From the NCBI GenBank assembly GCA_013239625.1, contig MU054466.1, positions 5,047,770-5,111,769 on the forward strand: a stretch of 64,000 nucleotides of DNA, read 5' to 3'. The notes beneath the pieces were generated by a model. That model saw nothing but the letters and a program-made list of their open reading frames with translations, was not told the DNA's origin and ran no database searches. This document shows, one piece after another, positions 48,205-61,725 of the stretch. Source of the DNA: Lama guanicoe (taxonomy: Eukaryota). Numbering within the stretch: the first letter of the stretch is position 1; each line of letters begins with the position of its first letter. A program made the translations under genes and the position numbers.

Positions 48205-48410
48205 GAAGCAACATTACCACGCACCTACTAAGTGCCCAGACAAGACAGCATCTTCCATCTAAGAGCTCCTTCTAATCCTGACACTCTAGAAGTTGGTTAT
48301 TAGCTCCATGTTAAAAAACTAAAGTTGAGGGGAACTAATTAACTTGTCCAAGATCTTGTAACAACTAAGACGCAGCTGAGATCAGAACTCGGGATGTATC
48401 TATCCAAGGT
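48205..48410 (-). mobile_element. MIR
   Basis: cacctactaagtgcccagac..ttctaatcct..taattaacttgtccaagatc..gctgagatcagaactc. Confidence 0.55.
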
Positions 48411-51400
48411 CCGGCCCCTCTTTAGGGCACGCGACTGCCTTCCTTGATTATGCCCTAGAGAAACAGCCTCTCCACCGCCTCCTCCATGCCCCTTCAAGGC
48501 TGGCTCCCTGGGCGCAGGAGGGCGGGCTGGTCCAGCGGTGTTAGCCCGGCATGGCTGCTGCCTCCCTCACCCTCTTACTGGAGGACAAGCCTGTGGGCCT
48601 GTGTTGTCTCTTTCTCAGCTGAAAAGCCAGATGGTACCCGGTGGTGGGCAGAGATCCAAGGACTTGATGCCAGAGCTGCAACCGTTGTGGTTTGGGGGGA
48701 AAAGATAAATATTGTGGAAAACCCACACGGTCACTTACTCACTGATTATAAGCCCTCGGGGTTTATAAAGGACAGCCTGGCTCTGCGCAAGCATGAAAGG
48801 GGGGGGCACACCCACACATCCAGGGGAAAAGACCCAGGGGCTTGACTGTGAACCAGGTGGGCTGTAAGAGCATTATGACGCGGGGCTGGGGAGGGACAGG
48901 AGGTGGGAAGTGGGGTGAAGCAGGGGGAAGGCTGGGGGCTCTGCCCGGAGAAAAAGACCTGACTTAGGTACTGGTATGTGTTCTAATACTTCACTGCCCA
49001 CATTTCAGGTGCCAAAGAAGAGGTGGCGGAGAAAGAGATGGGTGATGAGCTGTCCTCGACCTCCTGGCATGGGGACAGCTATCTTCAGCTCCAAAGTCGG
49101 GGCCCCTAAGTCCTTGCTGAGGGGCAGCTTGTCCTGGCAGTGAGGAGCAGAGGATGGCCCACGCCTCTGGGAGAGGAGGTTTTTTGACTGGAGCGGGGGC
49201 TGCCAGCTGCCGTGAGCCCTGGGTATCAGCAGGCCGAAGGGCTGACCAAGGGACTCGCACAGGTGCCCAGCCACAGACCCAGCAGCTGTGGCTCACCCGA
49301 GGGGTCTCGATCCTTCAGACATTCACGGAGTAGCCCTTGTGTGCAGCCCTCACATACAAGAGGAAGCTGGAGGTATTCCTGCTTGGCCATGTGACCAGGG
49401 GCTGGGAAACAGCTGTCAGGGCCAGGTAGGGATCAACTGATCCTTACAGGTCCTCAGAACAAAAGGACCTGAGGGGAACAGGCGGGCTGGTGACACTCCG
49501 CATGGTAGACTGCATTGTGAGTAACGGGGGGTGGGGAGCCTCTGGCCACTGCCCCTCAGCCCCCTTGGAAAAAAGCACCCACACCCCAACCACCTGGCCC
49601 CGTCAGGAATTAAGATGTTCAGATACTCAGGGTGATGGGCGGTGCATGAGCTGCAGGGCTGTTAGCGCCTCCAGTAACCAACTGACTGCTTCTGGTGCCC
49701 CAGCCCCAGGGAAACGAGGAGGTGGAGCCACCACGCTGTCACCTCAACTGCCTGGTGCTCGTGCGACACTCCAGGAGAGGTGCCAGGTGATCACTGCAGA
49801 TGCTCCCGCACTGACCCTGACCCTCCTCATCCCACTCTGCACAGGGAGAGCCAGGGAGAGTGGTGGTGGTGGGGACGCTCTGCGCTGGGGCTGGAGTGGA
49901 GGGAGGGAAGGAAGTCAGGTGCCCAGGACAGGGGAGCCCTGCAGAGAGCAGCCGCACAGGCCCGGCTGGCTCCACCCCTTCCCTGCAGGATTCTCTGCCT
50001 GGGCACTGAGTAACCTTGGAGGTGGGGAGGGAGGGGAGACAGCATGTCAAGCGGGCTGATTAACGAGCTCTGTCAAGCTGGGTGTAAGAAATCACACTAA
50101 CGACCCCCCCCAAGCCTCCGGCTTCCTCCCTAAGTCCACGGTCAGAGCGAGAGGCCTTTCTGTGGGGCTGGCACACCGTGGGCGCCAAGAGAAAGCCACA
50201 AGCACCAACCACAGGGACCCAGCAGGGAACCTGTTGGCCACAGGTAACAAAGCAGCTGCCAGCAAAGGGCTGTTGCTGGAGCCCCTTTTCTCCTGGGGAC
50301 ACTCAGAGTCTGAAACCGGTCTGATCAGAGCAGGAGTGAAGCTGTTCCCTGTCCACACTGAAGCGCCTGTGGTATCAACTCCCGTCTGTTACCAGTGACA
50401 CCAGGCTGGAGACCTGTGCTGTCATTGGCCTGTCTCTCCTGGAGGAGGCCCGGAAGGGCCCTAAGCACTGCCTCCTTGGCCGGCTCGGGAAGCACACCTC
50501 CAGGGGCATCCGAGCAGACTCCTCCCTAGGAGGCAGGTGTCAACAAGGCCTGACCAGGGGAGGGCCTGGCCAGCAGGTTTTCTCGAAAGGGAGGGTACAC
50601 AACATCGCCCTCCGAGCTGGCTGAAAATGTAGACTCCTGGGCCTTGCAGCCCTAAGACGCTGCTACACGAGGCCTGGGGTGAGACCCAGCAATCTGTATT
50701 TTTAATAAGCACCAGTGGTCTGGCAACCAAGCACTCAGACCCCATGGAGGCTCTTGATCCCGACCTGGGGGAGGGGGAGGGCTGGGCAGTGTTCCTGGGG
50801 CCGGTTCCCCATCCCTCGTGGGGAGCACGGCCTCCCTGCAGCGGGGAGGAGGACGCTGCCAGAACCCCTTGGATATCACACACCAGGGGCCCTCCAGCCC
50901 TGGTCAGCACCCAACCCAGCCCAGCAGTCTCTCCCCTCTTCCTGTCAAGGCTTCCAGAGAACGTCTCAATCTATGGCTAAAGGAAGTTCTTCCTGTAGCT
51001 CAACTCAACACGCCCTGCGGTGCGCTGGGACCCTTCCCCCTAGCCTCAGACAGCATCGGCTCAGCAATGCCCTCTGCGGTACCTCGCTTTGCACCCGAAG
51101 GCTTATTAACGTGCACCGCGGCCGGCTCTTGGAGAAACATCCAGGCTTGTGCTGATTAGTCAGGTGCCATCATTAAGATGCACCCTAATTGTTCAGCTCC
51201 ACCTAATCATGCCCATGTCCCAGACACCCCTCTGCTGGCTGCAAACCCTCTGGGGTTCATTGGCTCCTGCTTTCTCCTTGGGGCCAGCCTGTGGGCTGGA
51301 GAACGTCCCCAAGGATCCTCTTATTCTCTGCACAAGCTTGTGTGGCCAGCGCTGCGGGCTGGGACACCAGCCACCCGGAGGAGCACCGTTATTACTTTAG

Positions 51401-52141
51401 AATGAGTGCTTTATTTAATTAAACAGTTACTGCCAGGGCCCTGGGGCACTATTTAGAAAGACAGCGGACTCTGCTTATAACAGACACCCTGTAACAGAGA
51501 GTAAGCCTCGCTCAGGGGGCAGCCCAGCCTCACAAAAGCCAGCAAGGCGGTCGCCAGTACCACGGACCCATTTACGGAATGAAAGCATCAGAGAGAGACA
51601 GAGCGGAGGGCGGCGGAGCGGGAGGAGGAACATGGCTCGGCAGATACAGGCACCGTTCTAGTTAGCTCAAAATATTTAAGAACATTCCATATGATTCTTA
51701 AAACTACTAATTAAGAGGCTGCTGGATTTCTTAGACTATAGCTTTTTCCTGTACTTTTTGGGAAATAACGTGAAAAAAGAGGGCGGGGTGGGGAACTGAC
51801 ATCAACAATCAGGGTATTTCTTAAAGAACACACACACACGCACACAGACACACACACAGTCAGTGGCCAGGATCAGCCCCTGGGAGCTTGTGAAGCAAGG
51901 AGCACCAGCTTTTTATCCCTGATCGCACTGCACACAAATAAAGAAGCCTCAAGCTCAGGGTCTGCCTGAGATCAGTGTGAAGTGTGGATAAAAATGGTCC
52001 TGAAAGAGCACAGTGCAGAAGGTCCCCAGCAGGGATGAACACTCCCCACGGAGACCTATTTGGAAGCTTCCCAACCAAACTGGCCTGTGCGTGACTGTGG
52101 GCCGTGGGTATGTACTTCAGCTCTATGAAGCTTTCCGGGCT

Positions 52142-52166
52142 TGTGTGTGTGTGTGTGTGTGTGTGT
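52142..52166. repeat. (TG)n microsatellite
   Basis: ~12 units. Confidence 0.9.
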
Positions 52167-55029
52167 CCGTCCCTGATGTCCATGCCAACCTCACATCCGC
52201 CTGTTTCTACATGAACTGGGCTTTGGATTACTGCGCCCTGCACATGAACCCACAGATGCCCTCCCTTACACAAGAGAAGGGCTTCTATGAGTTCTATTTA
52301 TAAATACTTAATTTTCACAGGATAACATTTTAAACACACTAGGGAAACTAAGTACTCAAGAGAAACCTGCAGCGAGTCCTTCTGTAAAGTAACGAACTGT
52401 TTTGTAACAAATAATTAGCCCCCAAGTTTGTTTTACACTTCGGGATTTTCATATGATGGGGCTTCCTACGAGCTGAGTGCGCTGGCAGGGGTGGCCCTAT
52501 TACGGAGCACGTAACTTTTCCGGTCTCAGTATCCTTCCCTGGGTGAACTGGGGGACGGGGACCGGGAGGAAGTACGGGAAACCAGACAGGCCAAACTGAC
52601 AGTCGCCCACGTGCCCGGGGGGGGGGGGAAGCGCTTGTGCCCCGGGCAAGTTGTATTTGTAAGGATGTACTCACTGCTTCCCAGACGAGAGGCGGGGGTA
52701 GTGGGGCATTCTAAAGGGCAGAGAGACACTCAAGCTGCCATCCTGGGAAGGGGGTCTGGGCAGTTCACTCGGCTCAGGAGCTAGAACTGAGTTCCCTTCA
52801 CCCAGCAGGACGAAATAAAGGCCAGAGGACCCCGGCTCACCCAGTGAGCAGCTTCTGAGGCTCAAGGAGGGGGTGGCGGGGACTGTCTTGTGATCCAGAT
52901 TCCTGTCACCTGGTATCTTTCCTGGGAGCCCAGGGCAGGCGGCGCAGGGGAGTAAGCACCGTCCTCTAAGCTGGCGTGTCAGGTAGCAGCCATCAGAGGC
53001 AGAGGCAGGACGTGGGGCGTGATGGATGGTGAGCTTAACGCCAGTAGACAGAACCCGTGTCCCGGAGAGCCGCATTAAAAATAAAAACAACAATCCTCTC
53101 ACTGAGCCGGAGGAAGCTCTGGCCAAACACTCAAAGGCACTGGGGGCCAGGGAGGGGTCACTGTGGTTTAGGGAGGAGTGCTACCCAGGTCTCCTCGGAA
53201 AGGAGAGGGCTGATTCGGAGCCGACGCTGGGCAGCAGCTGGGCTGGCGCTGGGGGTGGACTGGAGGCTGTGCCCAGACACCAGCAGACGTGGGGGTGAAG
53301 GGCAGGCTGGGGGGGGGTCCTTTGGCAGGAGCTCAAGAGACAAGCCACAGTGTCAGAGTGAGTGACAGAGTAATCTGAATTTCATTTAGAAAGGGCTGGG
53401 GCGGAGAGGGGATGGAAAAGCACAACAAACACAAGAAGCCATTCCCTGGGTGAGATATATAGACAGCTACCTAGGAAAAAAAAAAAAAGAAGGAAAGAAA
53501 GAAAGAAAAATGCAGGTCTGTCCCTGTATTATTGATTTCCTTGAAAAAGAAGAGACAAGCTAATCCTTTAAAGTCAGTCTTTTCAATCTGGGCGCTGGTC
53601 ACTGAAGTTAGAACTCGCTCAGTATTAGCTCCTGTCTGGGAAGTGGGTACACTCATTTTGGGGGCATGGGGCAGAATTTCTTTCTTCCTCGAGAGCAGGA
53701 TCACTGGCTGAAAGCAGGAGTTTGGCACGTGGTGGGGGGGCTGCCCTCGGGGACACAAGTCTTCCCTGGGGCTCAGAGGAGCGGGGGACGACCTCAGATT
53801 AGCACCAAATCAGGGTGGGCCTGGCCTGGGTCAGAAGAGCTACTCTGCTCGCTGCACCTGCAGGGGCCGCCCAGTGTGACCCACCCCTTCCCACGGGCTG
53901 GCGGGGAGAAGAGGGTGAGACAAAATGAAACTGACTTTTCTGGGGCCTCCAGAACTGAGTGAGGAGCTGACATCGGGGAGGAAGGAAGGAAAGGGAAGGA
54001 AAGGGAAGGAAAGGAAAGAAGGCAGGCTTCCCCGGTAGCCCTGGTGGGTCCCCAAACAGTCGCCATCCTACGAGGGAGGCGCCTTGGGGCCCCAGATCCT
54101 GTAAGAACCTGTAAGCAACACTCTCCCTGCCCCAGGCGGCTGGGAACCTCTTCTCAGCTCATTCTAGTCTGGTGTTGGCTAAGTGCTCTGACCCAGGTGG
54201 GTCAGACAGGAGGGCTATGTCTCCCTAAAAAGGGAAACTGCCACTGGTCTGTCTCCTGACCTTAGGGGCCTGCTCCCCATTTGCGGATGGGGCCAATCTG
54301 TTAGACTCCTCTGTAAAGACGGACTGTTCCCATCAGCTCTCTAGCCCTCCAGGGCCCCCTCTCCATCCATCAATGGCCCCTGCTTCCTTCCAGGTGGCCC
54401 ACATTGTACAAATCTGGGGGCAGCATTCACACCATATCCTACTGGAGTTGTGCCCTAGGGGAGCAGGGTGGTGGCCTGGAGGTGTCCCCAAGAGTCCCCA
54501 GGTCCCTTGAGGTCACTGTTGCTGCTGAAACTTGTTGCTTCTCACTAACTTTCCCTCCTCACTGGTCCTGAAGGCCTCTGGGCCACCTCCTGCCCCAGAA
54601 TTGGTAACAATAAATATTCAAGTGATGGCAGTGGTGACCCACTTATTAGCAGATGCCACAGCCCCAGGGCACCGTGGCTGCTTTTGGAAGAACACAGAAA
54701 GAGACCAACCATAGCAGGGGAGGGGAATGTCCTTGGGAAGGCGCGCTGCATTCCAGCGCTACTTGAGTGGACAGGAGAAGTCCGCCTCACGACCTAGGAG
54801 CGAGGGGAGGCAGGAGGACAGCAGATGAATCAAGCAGACAGGATGCGCAGACACGGATCACTGAACAGACGCCATCCTTGAGCAGTGTTGCCCCAACCTC
54901 TGCAAACGCCAAGCCCCAAGGACTGATGAGCAGATGCGACCTGCTCTCTCTTATCCCGGCCTGGCAGCAGGGCCACCCTACGAGCTGAGGTCTGTTACCG
55001 GGGTCAGAGGACCAGCTGAGAGCCTGAAG

Positions 55030-55150
55030 GGCCCGGTTCTTGGCTCTGCCTCAGCTCAGTGACCCTGGGGAAGTTGCAATCTCCAAGTCTCAGTTTTCTC
55101 TGTTGTAAAATGGGATGATGCCATGGACCTTACTGGTGGCCTGTGAGGAC
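55030..55150 (+). mobile_element. MIR
   Basis: ggctctgcc..gtgaccctggggaagttgcaatctccaagtctcagttttctctgttgtaaaatgggatgat. Confidence 0.7.
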
Positions 55151-58100
55151 CCAGAGACGAAAAAGTAACTGGTAACACGCTACACCAATGCAAACAACAC
55201 GGCAGAGAAGACCAGTCAAAAACCTGCCACAGGGTGCACCACTCTCTTCTCTACCCCTACCTCCGCCCCTGCACAAAAAGGATGTTTTTCCCTTGAACGG
55301 TACTGTCCTAGCAAGAGACCACTTGGTTTTAAAAAGGGGATTGCATGCTGTTTGAAATGTTGCCAGTGGTAGAGGCAAGCTTTGCTGTGTAAGATTTAGC
55401 CAAGACGGAATCAGAAAACACAGCCTCCTGGCAGAGAAAAGAGAACCAGGACCCTCGGTGAAGGCCCGCACGGACCATTCAGGGCTAACCTGAGTCTGAA
55501 TCAGATGGACCTGCTCCTCCAGGAAGAGAGTCTGGAAGGAAGAACTCTCCCTACAGTCCCCAACACACAGCCTGCTTCTCCAAGGGGTTCCTGGAGGGAG
55601 AGGCCCCTCTGCCAGGCAGAGGGTGGAAGGTCACCTTGGGGCACCTGCAAGCTGCACCTCTCTTCTGGGTCACCCAGGTGGATCTCATGGCTCCCGCATT
55701 CAGGGCAGGATGGCAAGCCACGGCGACCTTGTTCTATCCCAATGAGCCTATGGGGGCCCCCCCATTCAACGCCGCCAGTTTGCGGCCGGGTCTCCAGCCA
55801 GGATGAGCTCCGTTCTGCCATCTGCGCACTCGGCTCTGGCCGGCTGGTGCCCCAGCCGCATCTGTCCACCTGTACGTGGTGAAGGCTACTCTTGTGGACG
55901 GTGAGGAGCCTTCAGCACTCAGAGTCCCACTGTCCCTCCAGGGTTTCCCTCTGACACTCTCAGGAGGTGGCGATGACCAGCCACGGGGTATGGGATGCGA
56001 ATGAGGCTGGGCAGCCCTGCAGCAATGAGGAAGGGGAACAAGAGTGCTTGGCGGTGCCCTTGACTTGAGGGGACAGCAACACACATCCTGCTTCCCAGAC
56101 ATGCGGGACAGTCTGATTCCTGCATGGAACTCATTTACATACGACCCTGCCACTTCACCAATGGCCCTTGACTCCTTCTCACTGTGTAGGAAAACGAAAT
56201 GCTAAATTTTGACTTTGTTTCCTACCAAAGCCAAAGAAGCTCTGCAGAAAGAATCCCAAGATGTTTCGCAGCCTGGAGGCAAGGCTGCTGGTTTGAAAGA
56301 GTTGGGGCATCAACACTTTATCATTTGATCCTTCAAAGGAGCAAGAGGGTTGAGGGGTGGGTTCTGAGAATCAGATTCTGATGTTAATTCTTATGGGTCC
56401 TCAAAATGGGGCCCAGGTCACTGCTGGCTCCAGCTGTGGCATCTTGCTGGGGTGCCCTGGGGAGCATGTGTGACTCACGGGACCACCCCTACCTCACAGA
56501 GCCCTGCTCTGCAGATACCCCCAAGGAGGGAGAGGGAGAAACTGACTCATACTGGCTGCAGCGGCAATCACAGAGTGTGGACGGAGGTCGCAGGGCACAG
56601 GAGGGGAGGAGGAATTTTCCATTCGTTAAGGTCAAGGGCTTAGGGAGGGGACTGGTAGCTGCTGGTAGAGAAAGCTCCCTTCTTGTGAGTAATGATGGTG
56701 CGACACACAGGCTGGCCTCTGGAGGTAGTTAATATCCCCCGTATTCTTTCTCATTCTGTGTGTGCAACTCAGTAGCATTCCTGGGAAGACACAGAAGAGG
56801 TTGCTTCCAGAGGACTCTCTAAAAATTAAGCCATGAAGTAAAAGCCTGCATCTTTGTCCCCCAGAACATACTGTCCTGTAATAGCGAAAAAGTGGCTATT
56901 ATGAGGTCCTTTTAAACATGCAGGCTGGACAGGTGCATTGTTTACCAGAGACAAAGAGATCACTGTCCCTGGGGTGGGAAGGATGCTTTCAGCCCACTTG
57001 CTGCCTTTCCTACCATCATGGTAAAGTCTGGCTGGCAGCAAACAGTTGGTAGAAAAAGGTGTGCTGGGAATCTCTAGGGAGGGTGGACAATCTTCCGAAC
57101 ATGAATGACTCTGGGGGAGGGGAAGGGACGATGCTCTCCCCCAAGACCTGAAGGAGCCACCTGATGGGATGAGAACACAGAGGTGAGCCCTGCAGGCCCG
57201 ACGTGGGAGGGGAAGATGCCGTTACCACCTGCAACAGAGTGCCCAGGACAAGGAAGGAGACCCACACTTGCTGACCCCTTCCTTCAGTTGCTTGGCTGCT
57301 TCCAGCTCACTAAGAGTGGGAGGCTGGCAGAAGGATGGAGGCCCCCGGTATTTAGGGTCAGGAGGAAGCCACGGGCCCTGAGAGCCACACACACATGCCA
57401 CATCAGTGGTAAAGTAACTTCTGAGACAAGGCCACGGTCCACCTGCCTTGAGCTTCTCTAAACCAGGCAGAAGAGTGCATCTGAACTGAAAACTTTCTGA
57501 GCAAACTGAAGCCTCCAGCAGCGTCCAGGTGGTGGGAGGGGGCGTCCACAACCCAGAGAGAACAGGCTCTGTTCCTGCTTCATCCCCTTTCCCCCTTCTC
57601 GCAGCTTTTGTGGGCCTGGTGGCAATTAGCTTTATGAGTTATAAGAGCAGTATCTGAGAGATGGAGGCAGTAATTAATGCCCTCCTGCTTTCCTGAAGGG
57701 TTCCTTCTGTTCGGTCAGAGAGTTATTGAGATTCAGGGCAGGAGGCTTCCATCATGTGGAAGGTTTATAGGAATAAGACAAGGAACAATTTAATAAGGCA
57801 ATAATAATCCTTCTAAATAATTCACCAAGCAAATGACAGCAGCCAATCTTCCCAGTGCTCCATACCTGTTTTGCCGGTGGGCAGGGGGATGTGCTGGGTG
57901 GTTCTGCACAGGCTTCAGCAGCTTCCCTGGGAAAGACCCCACTGGAGGGGCTTTGCCGCTGTCCCTCTGTCCTGGACATGCTCCTGCGTCTCCTGTACCC
58001 TCTCCTCCACCAGCTCCTTCTGCCTGGCCATGCCGGTTAGACCTCCAGATGGGTCCTGACACTTACTAATGCTTTTGCTATTTTATCTATCACGGTTTGT

Positions 58101-59319
58101 TGAAATGCTAAGAGGTCAACAGGCCTCTGCTCTCCTGGCCGCCCTGCTAGGTTCTCTGCTCGCCCCCCCAGGCTGGGGAAGTGGGGAAATTAACCTGCCA
58201 CCCAAGTCCCACCAGACCTGTGGCCGGGGGAGCTGAGATATGGTTCTGAGATACAGATTCCCAGCCGTAGCTGAGGGCAGAGAAGCAGCCCAGACCATCC
58301 GACTGCTCCAGAAACGCAGACGGGAAAACAAACCTCTCGCAGGGCTGGGGCCTCAGGGCTCCCGGGTGGGTCTACAGGGTGAGACCAGGAAGGTGAACAA
58401 CCATTCAGCCTTCCTTGGGGTTAACAAATTCAGACCCGAATCACACAGCCGGCGAGGCGGCAGAGACCTCTGCCGGGATGGGGATGATCAAGTCGAGAGG
58501 CTGACTCCCTGAAAGGTGGCTCTCTGGCAGCCCTGCCTCCCGTGCCACAACAGCTAAGTGGCCCCGTGTCAAGCTGGGTGTCACCTAATGCACCCAAATC
58601 TGTCTCAGGGCTGAGGAGGACCAAGCTGCAGCAGAGAGCATGAACAGACACTGCACCAGCCAAAGGGAAGCGCCCGCAGAGCAGGCAGACAGAGACGCCA
58701 CCTCTGGTTTTGTATCTCATTACCTGAGACCCTATGGGCTTGTTACTCAGCTCCAGTCTCACCCCCAGCCCACCTCCCGCCCCCACGGCACAAAGCAATC
58801 AAGACCGAGCCTGGAGATTCACTGCGCTCTCCTGTCTGCAGGGAGCAGGGTAGACGGAGCTGGCTGGGCTGATCCTGATCTAGAGAGTTTTGTAATCAGG
58901 GTGGACCGTGAGACGGCTCCGTCCTGCCTGCCCAGCCGGGAAGCCCGGCATCACCCTCGTGCTCCTGGGTTGGCCAAGAGAAAGGTCAAAGCAGGGAGCT
59001 GCTAGAAAACAGGCTCTGGCACTCTCTCACAGCACTTTGATAAGCGTGTCCCTCAAACCTTGAGCTAAGTTATGAGAGTTTATGGCCCTGGAACTGGCAA
59101 TGACCCAAATGCCAATGCCAAACCACATGCGAATGATGGCGGCCTTGTGGCCAGGACACTCTGGGGCTGGCGTTGTAGTGACACGACCCACTTTATGCCC
59201 AGGACCAAGGCCCCAGTAATGAGCCGGAGTGTAGGGCTGTGTAGACCTTCCTCTCTGGGGAAAGAGGTCGCCCAGAGAGTGAGGGTGGCTCACGGGCCCC
59301 GCTCCCCCAGGCCACTCAC

Positions 59320-59428
59320 CAGGTAGATGCGGTAGGCGTCCACTCGGCGCAGCGGCCCCCAGCACCGGTCCGTGTCGTTGTACTTGGTGTCGGCCTCCAC
59401 GCCGCAGGAGTCGTTGCCCATGGCGCTG
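59320..59428 (-). CDS. TMEM104: TMEM104 exon (exon 8 equivalent)
   Basis: (C)SAMGNDSCGVEADTKYNDTDRCWGPLRRVDAYRIYL|gtgagt; probable luminal loop with NDS and NDT sequons. Confidence 0.94.
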
Positions 59429-59856
59429 CTGGTAGAGAGAACAATGGCTCAGGGTGGGCCTCCCTGCTTGGCTGGAAGCAGACAGAACGTGCCGTTGTTA
59501 ATTACTGGCAACCACTGAACCTCTACGACCCCCACTGCGGCTTCAGGTCCAGCGATCTGACTCCACCAGCCACGTATTCCTGTCTCGGACGCAGGCACCT
59601 TATTCCTGCTGCACTGTTTCCCAGCGACTCAGGAGCCCCTGGTGGGAATCCCAGTCTCCTTCCCAACAGGACAGGGATGGGGACAGTGGTGAGGAGCGTC
59701 TCTGATGTGGCACGTGCAGAAAAGGGCCTCGGACACCTACGTTCCGTGGATGCTGGCGGATTCGCTCGGTGTTGGGCTTCTACCCTGAGAACTCTGCCCC
59801 GACTGCGGAGGAGGCCAAGGGGCTGCAGCTCCCGTGGGGGCCAGGGGGACACTCAC

Positions 59857-59956
59857 CAGGTCACTTGCATGAGGGAGAAGGGCACGGCGGCAGCATAGAT
59901 GGCCAGGTCTCCATACAGGTAAATGATGATGCAGAAATAGAACAGGTTGACCCCCA
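59857..59956 (-). CDS. TMEM104: TMEM104 exon (exon 7 equivalent)
   Basis: tttcag|TGGGG; VGVNLFYFCIIIYLYGDLAIYAAAVPFSLMQVTC|gtgagt. Confidence 0.95.
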
Positions 59957-61528
59957 CTGAAAGCAACAAAGTCATCAGTCAGGGAGCCCCAGGGAGACGC
60001 ATTCTCTGTTGACAACTACCTCTCTGCCTTGTCCACGGCTTTCTGCTCTCCGAGCAGAGTGGGAAAACCACCCCCAAGGCCTGTTTCTCATTCTGGCTGC
60101 CTTCACGGTAATGCTGGCAGGACACACATCTTGACTTTCCCCTGGAGAGGGGGCTGAGTGAGGCTGGGAGGACCAGAGAGGTTCTGAATCCAGGTGCAGG
60201 GTGAGTGCAGGGCACGGACTGGCCAGGGAGGAACCAGAGGTGGCCTCATGGTTAGGACAGGCTGCCCAAGGGAGGAGGAGGGGTGGCCTGAGTCAGAAGC
60301 CTGAACCCTGGTGCTCACCTGGGCCAGGGCTCCCTCCGCAGCCAGACACAGGGCTCTGAGACCAGGCTGCTACTGCTGAAAAGCAGGACGGTAGCAGGAA
60401 ATGGCCCGGCTTCGGAAACTGAACTCAAGAGGGTAAAAAGCCCTTGATTTCCAAAGACTAAGTGGCTCATTCTGAATCTGGCCCGTCACCAAGCACCAAC
60501 GGTGTGCTGTGGAGAGGGACCGGCAGGAGTAGGTGCTCATGTCTCTTCTTATGAGAAGCATTTGCAGGGGAGGGTGCTGACTTTGGAAGATGAAAGACAT
60601 GGAAGCTCCCTCTGCAGAGGCAAACCCTGGTCCCCTCTCCCTCCAGGGGGGCCTGGACTAGGAGTTGGAGACACAGGCTTTGGTTTTAATACCATAGGCC
60701 TTGTTTCCTGACTCTGGCAAGTCCCTGAGCATCCCCAATCCAGTACAGTGAGAAGAATTCTTCCTGCACTAAATTCCGTATGTGATCCCGGCTACCAAGA
60801 CCAAGTGTAAGAGCTCTGGAAAAAAGCACCCAGGCCCTATGACCTCAGGGTCGTGGCCCTAGACAGCCAGTCTCAAACTCCCATTCAGACCGACCACTTG
60901 TTTTTGGCATCACTGGTCTCAAGCTGCTGAAGTCTCTGAGAACAGAAAGGAAAATGAAGTGACAGCTCCCTTCTAATCCCGGTGGCTCAGAAGAGCCTCC
61001 AGGTCCGGGGGCGGGGGGAGGGGAAGCCAGGGACACATTCCTCCTGGGCTGTTTGAGGTCAGCTCAGTTCCTAGGAGTCTAGGTGAAAAAGACTCCAGGT
61101 GAAAGATACAGCTCTTGAAAGAACCCTGGAGGGCCTCAGAGTCTCAATGTCCAAGCTCAGTGGCCCCTGGGGTCACTGCCGCTCACACCCAGGTTCTGAG
61201 TCCAGCCCCCGCCCCTGCTTGTCTTTCTGCTCTTAGTCAAGGCTCCTGTAGGGAGGCATCGCCCCTCCCCATTCCCAGCCTTTCCTCTGCCTGCCCAGGG
61301 ACTCATGTCAGCTGTTTATAAACTGCCATTGGCCCTCCCTGATCAATAAATTTCATTACTAGACACAAAGTGGGAGGATCAATGAACTTCCAGGAGGACA
61401 GCAATGACTTGGGCTGGCATTTCTAATTATAATGACTGAGTCTGGACCTCAAGGGGGGGCTCTTGTGCAGAGTGATGGGCAGCCCTTCCAAACGTGAAGG
61501 GGACAGTCTTCAGAATGAGGGAATCGTA

Positions 61529-61725
61529 CAGTGGTTTCAACTGGGGGCAATTTTACCCCCCAGCCCCTACCAGGGACACTGGGCAACATCTCAGGATATT
61601 TTTTGATGGTCATGACTGGCAGGTCCTACTGACAACTAGTGGGCAGAGGCTGGGGATGCGACTCAGCATCTGACAACACACAGGACAGGCCCCACAACGA
61701 GGAATGGTCCAGCCGAACAGCAACA
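61529..61725. mobile_element. MER20 (hAT-Charlie)
   Basis: cagtggtttcaactgggggcaattttacccc..gggacactgggcaacatct..ctagtgggcagagg..cacaggacaggccccacaac. Confidence 0.8.
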
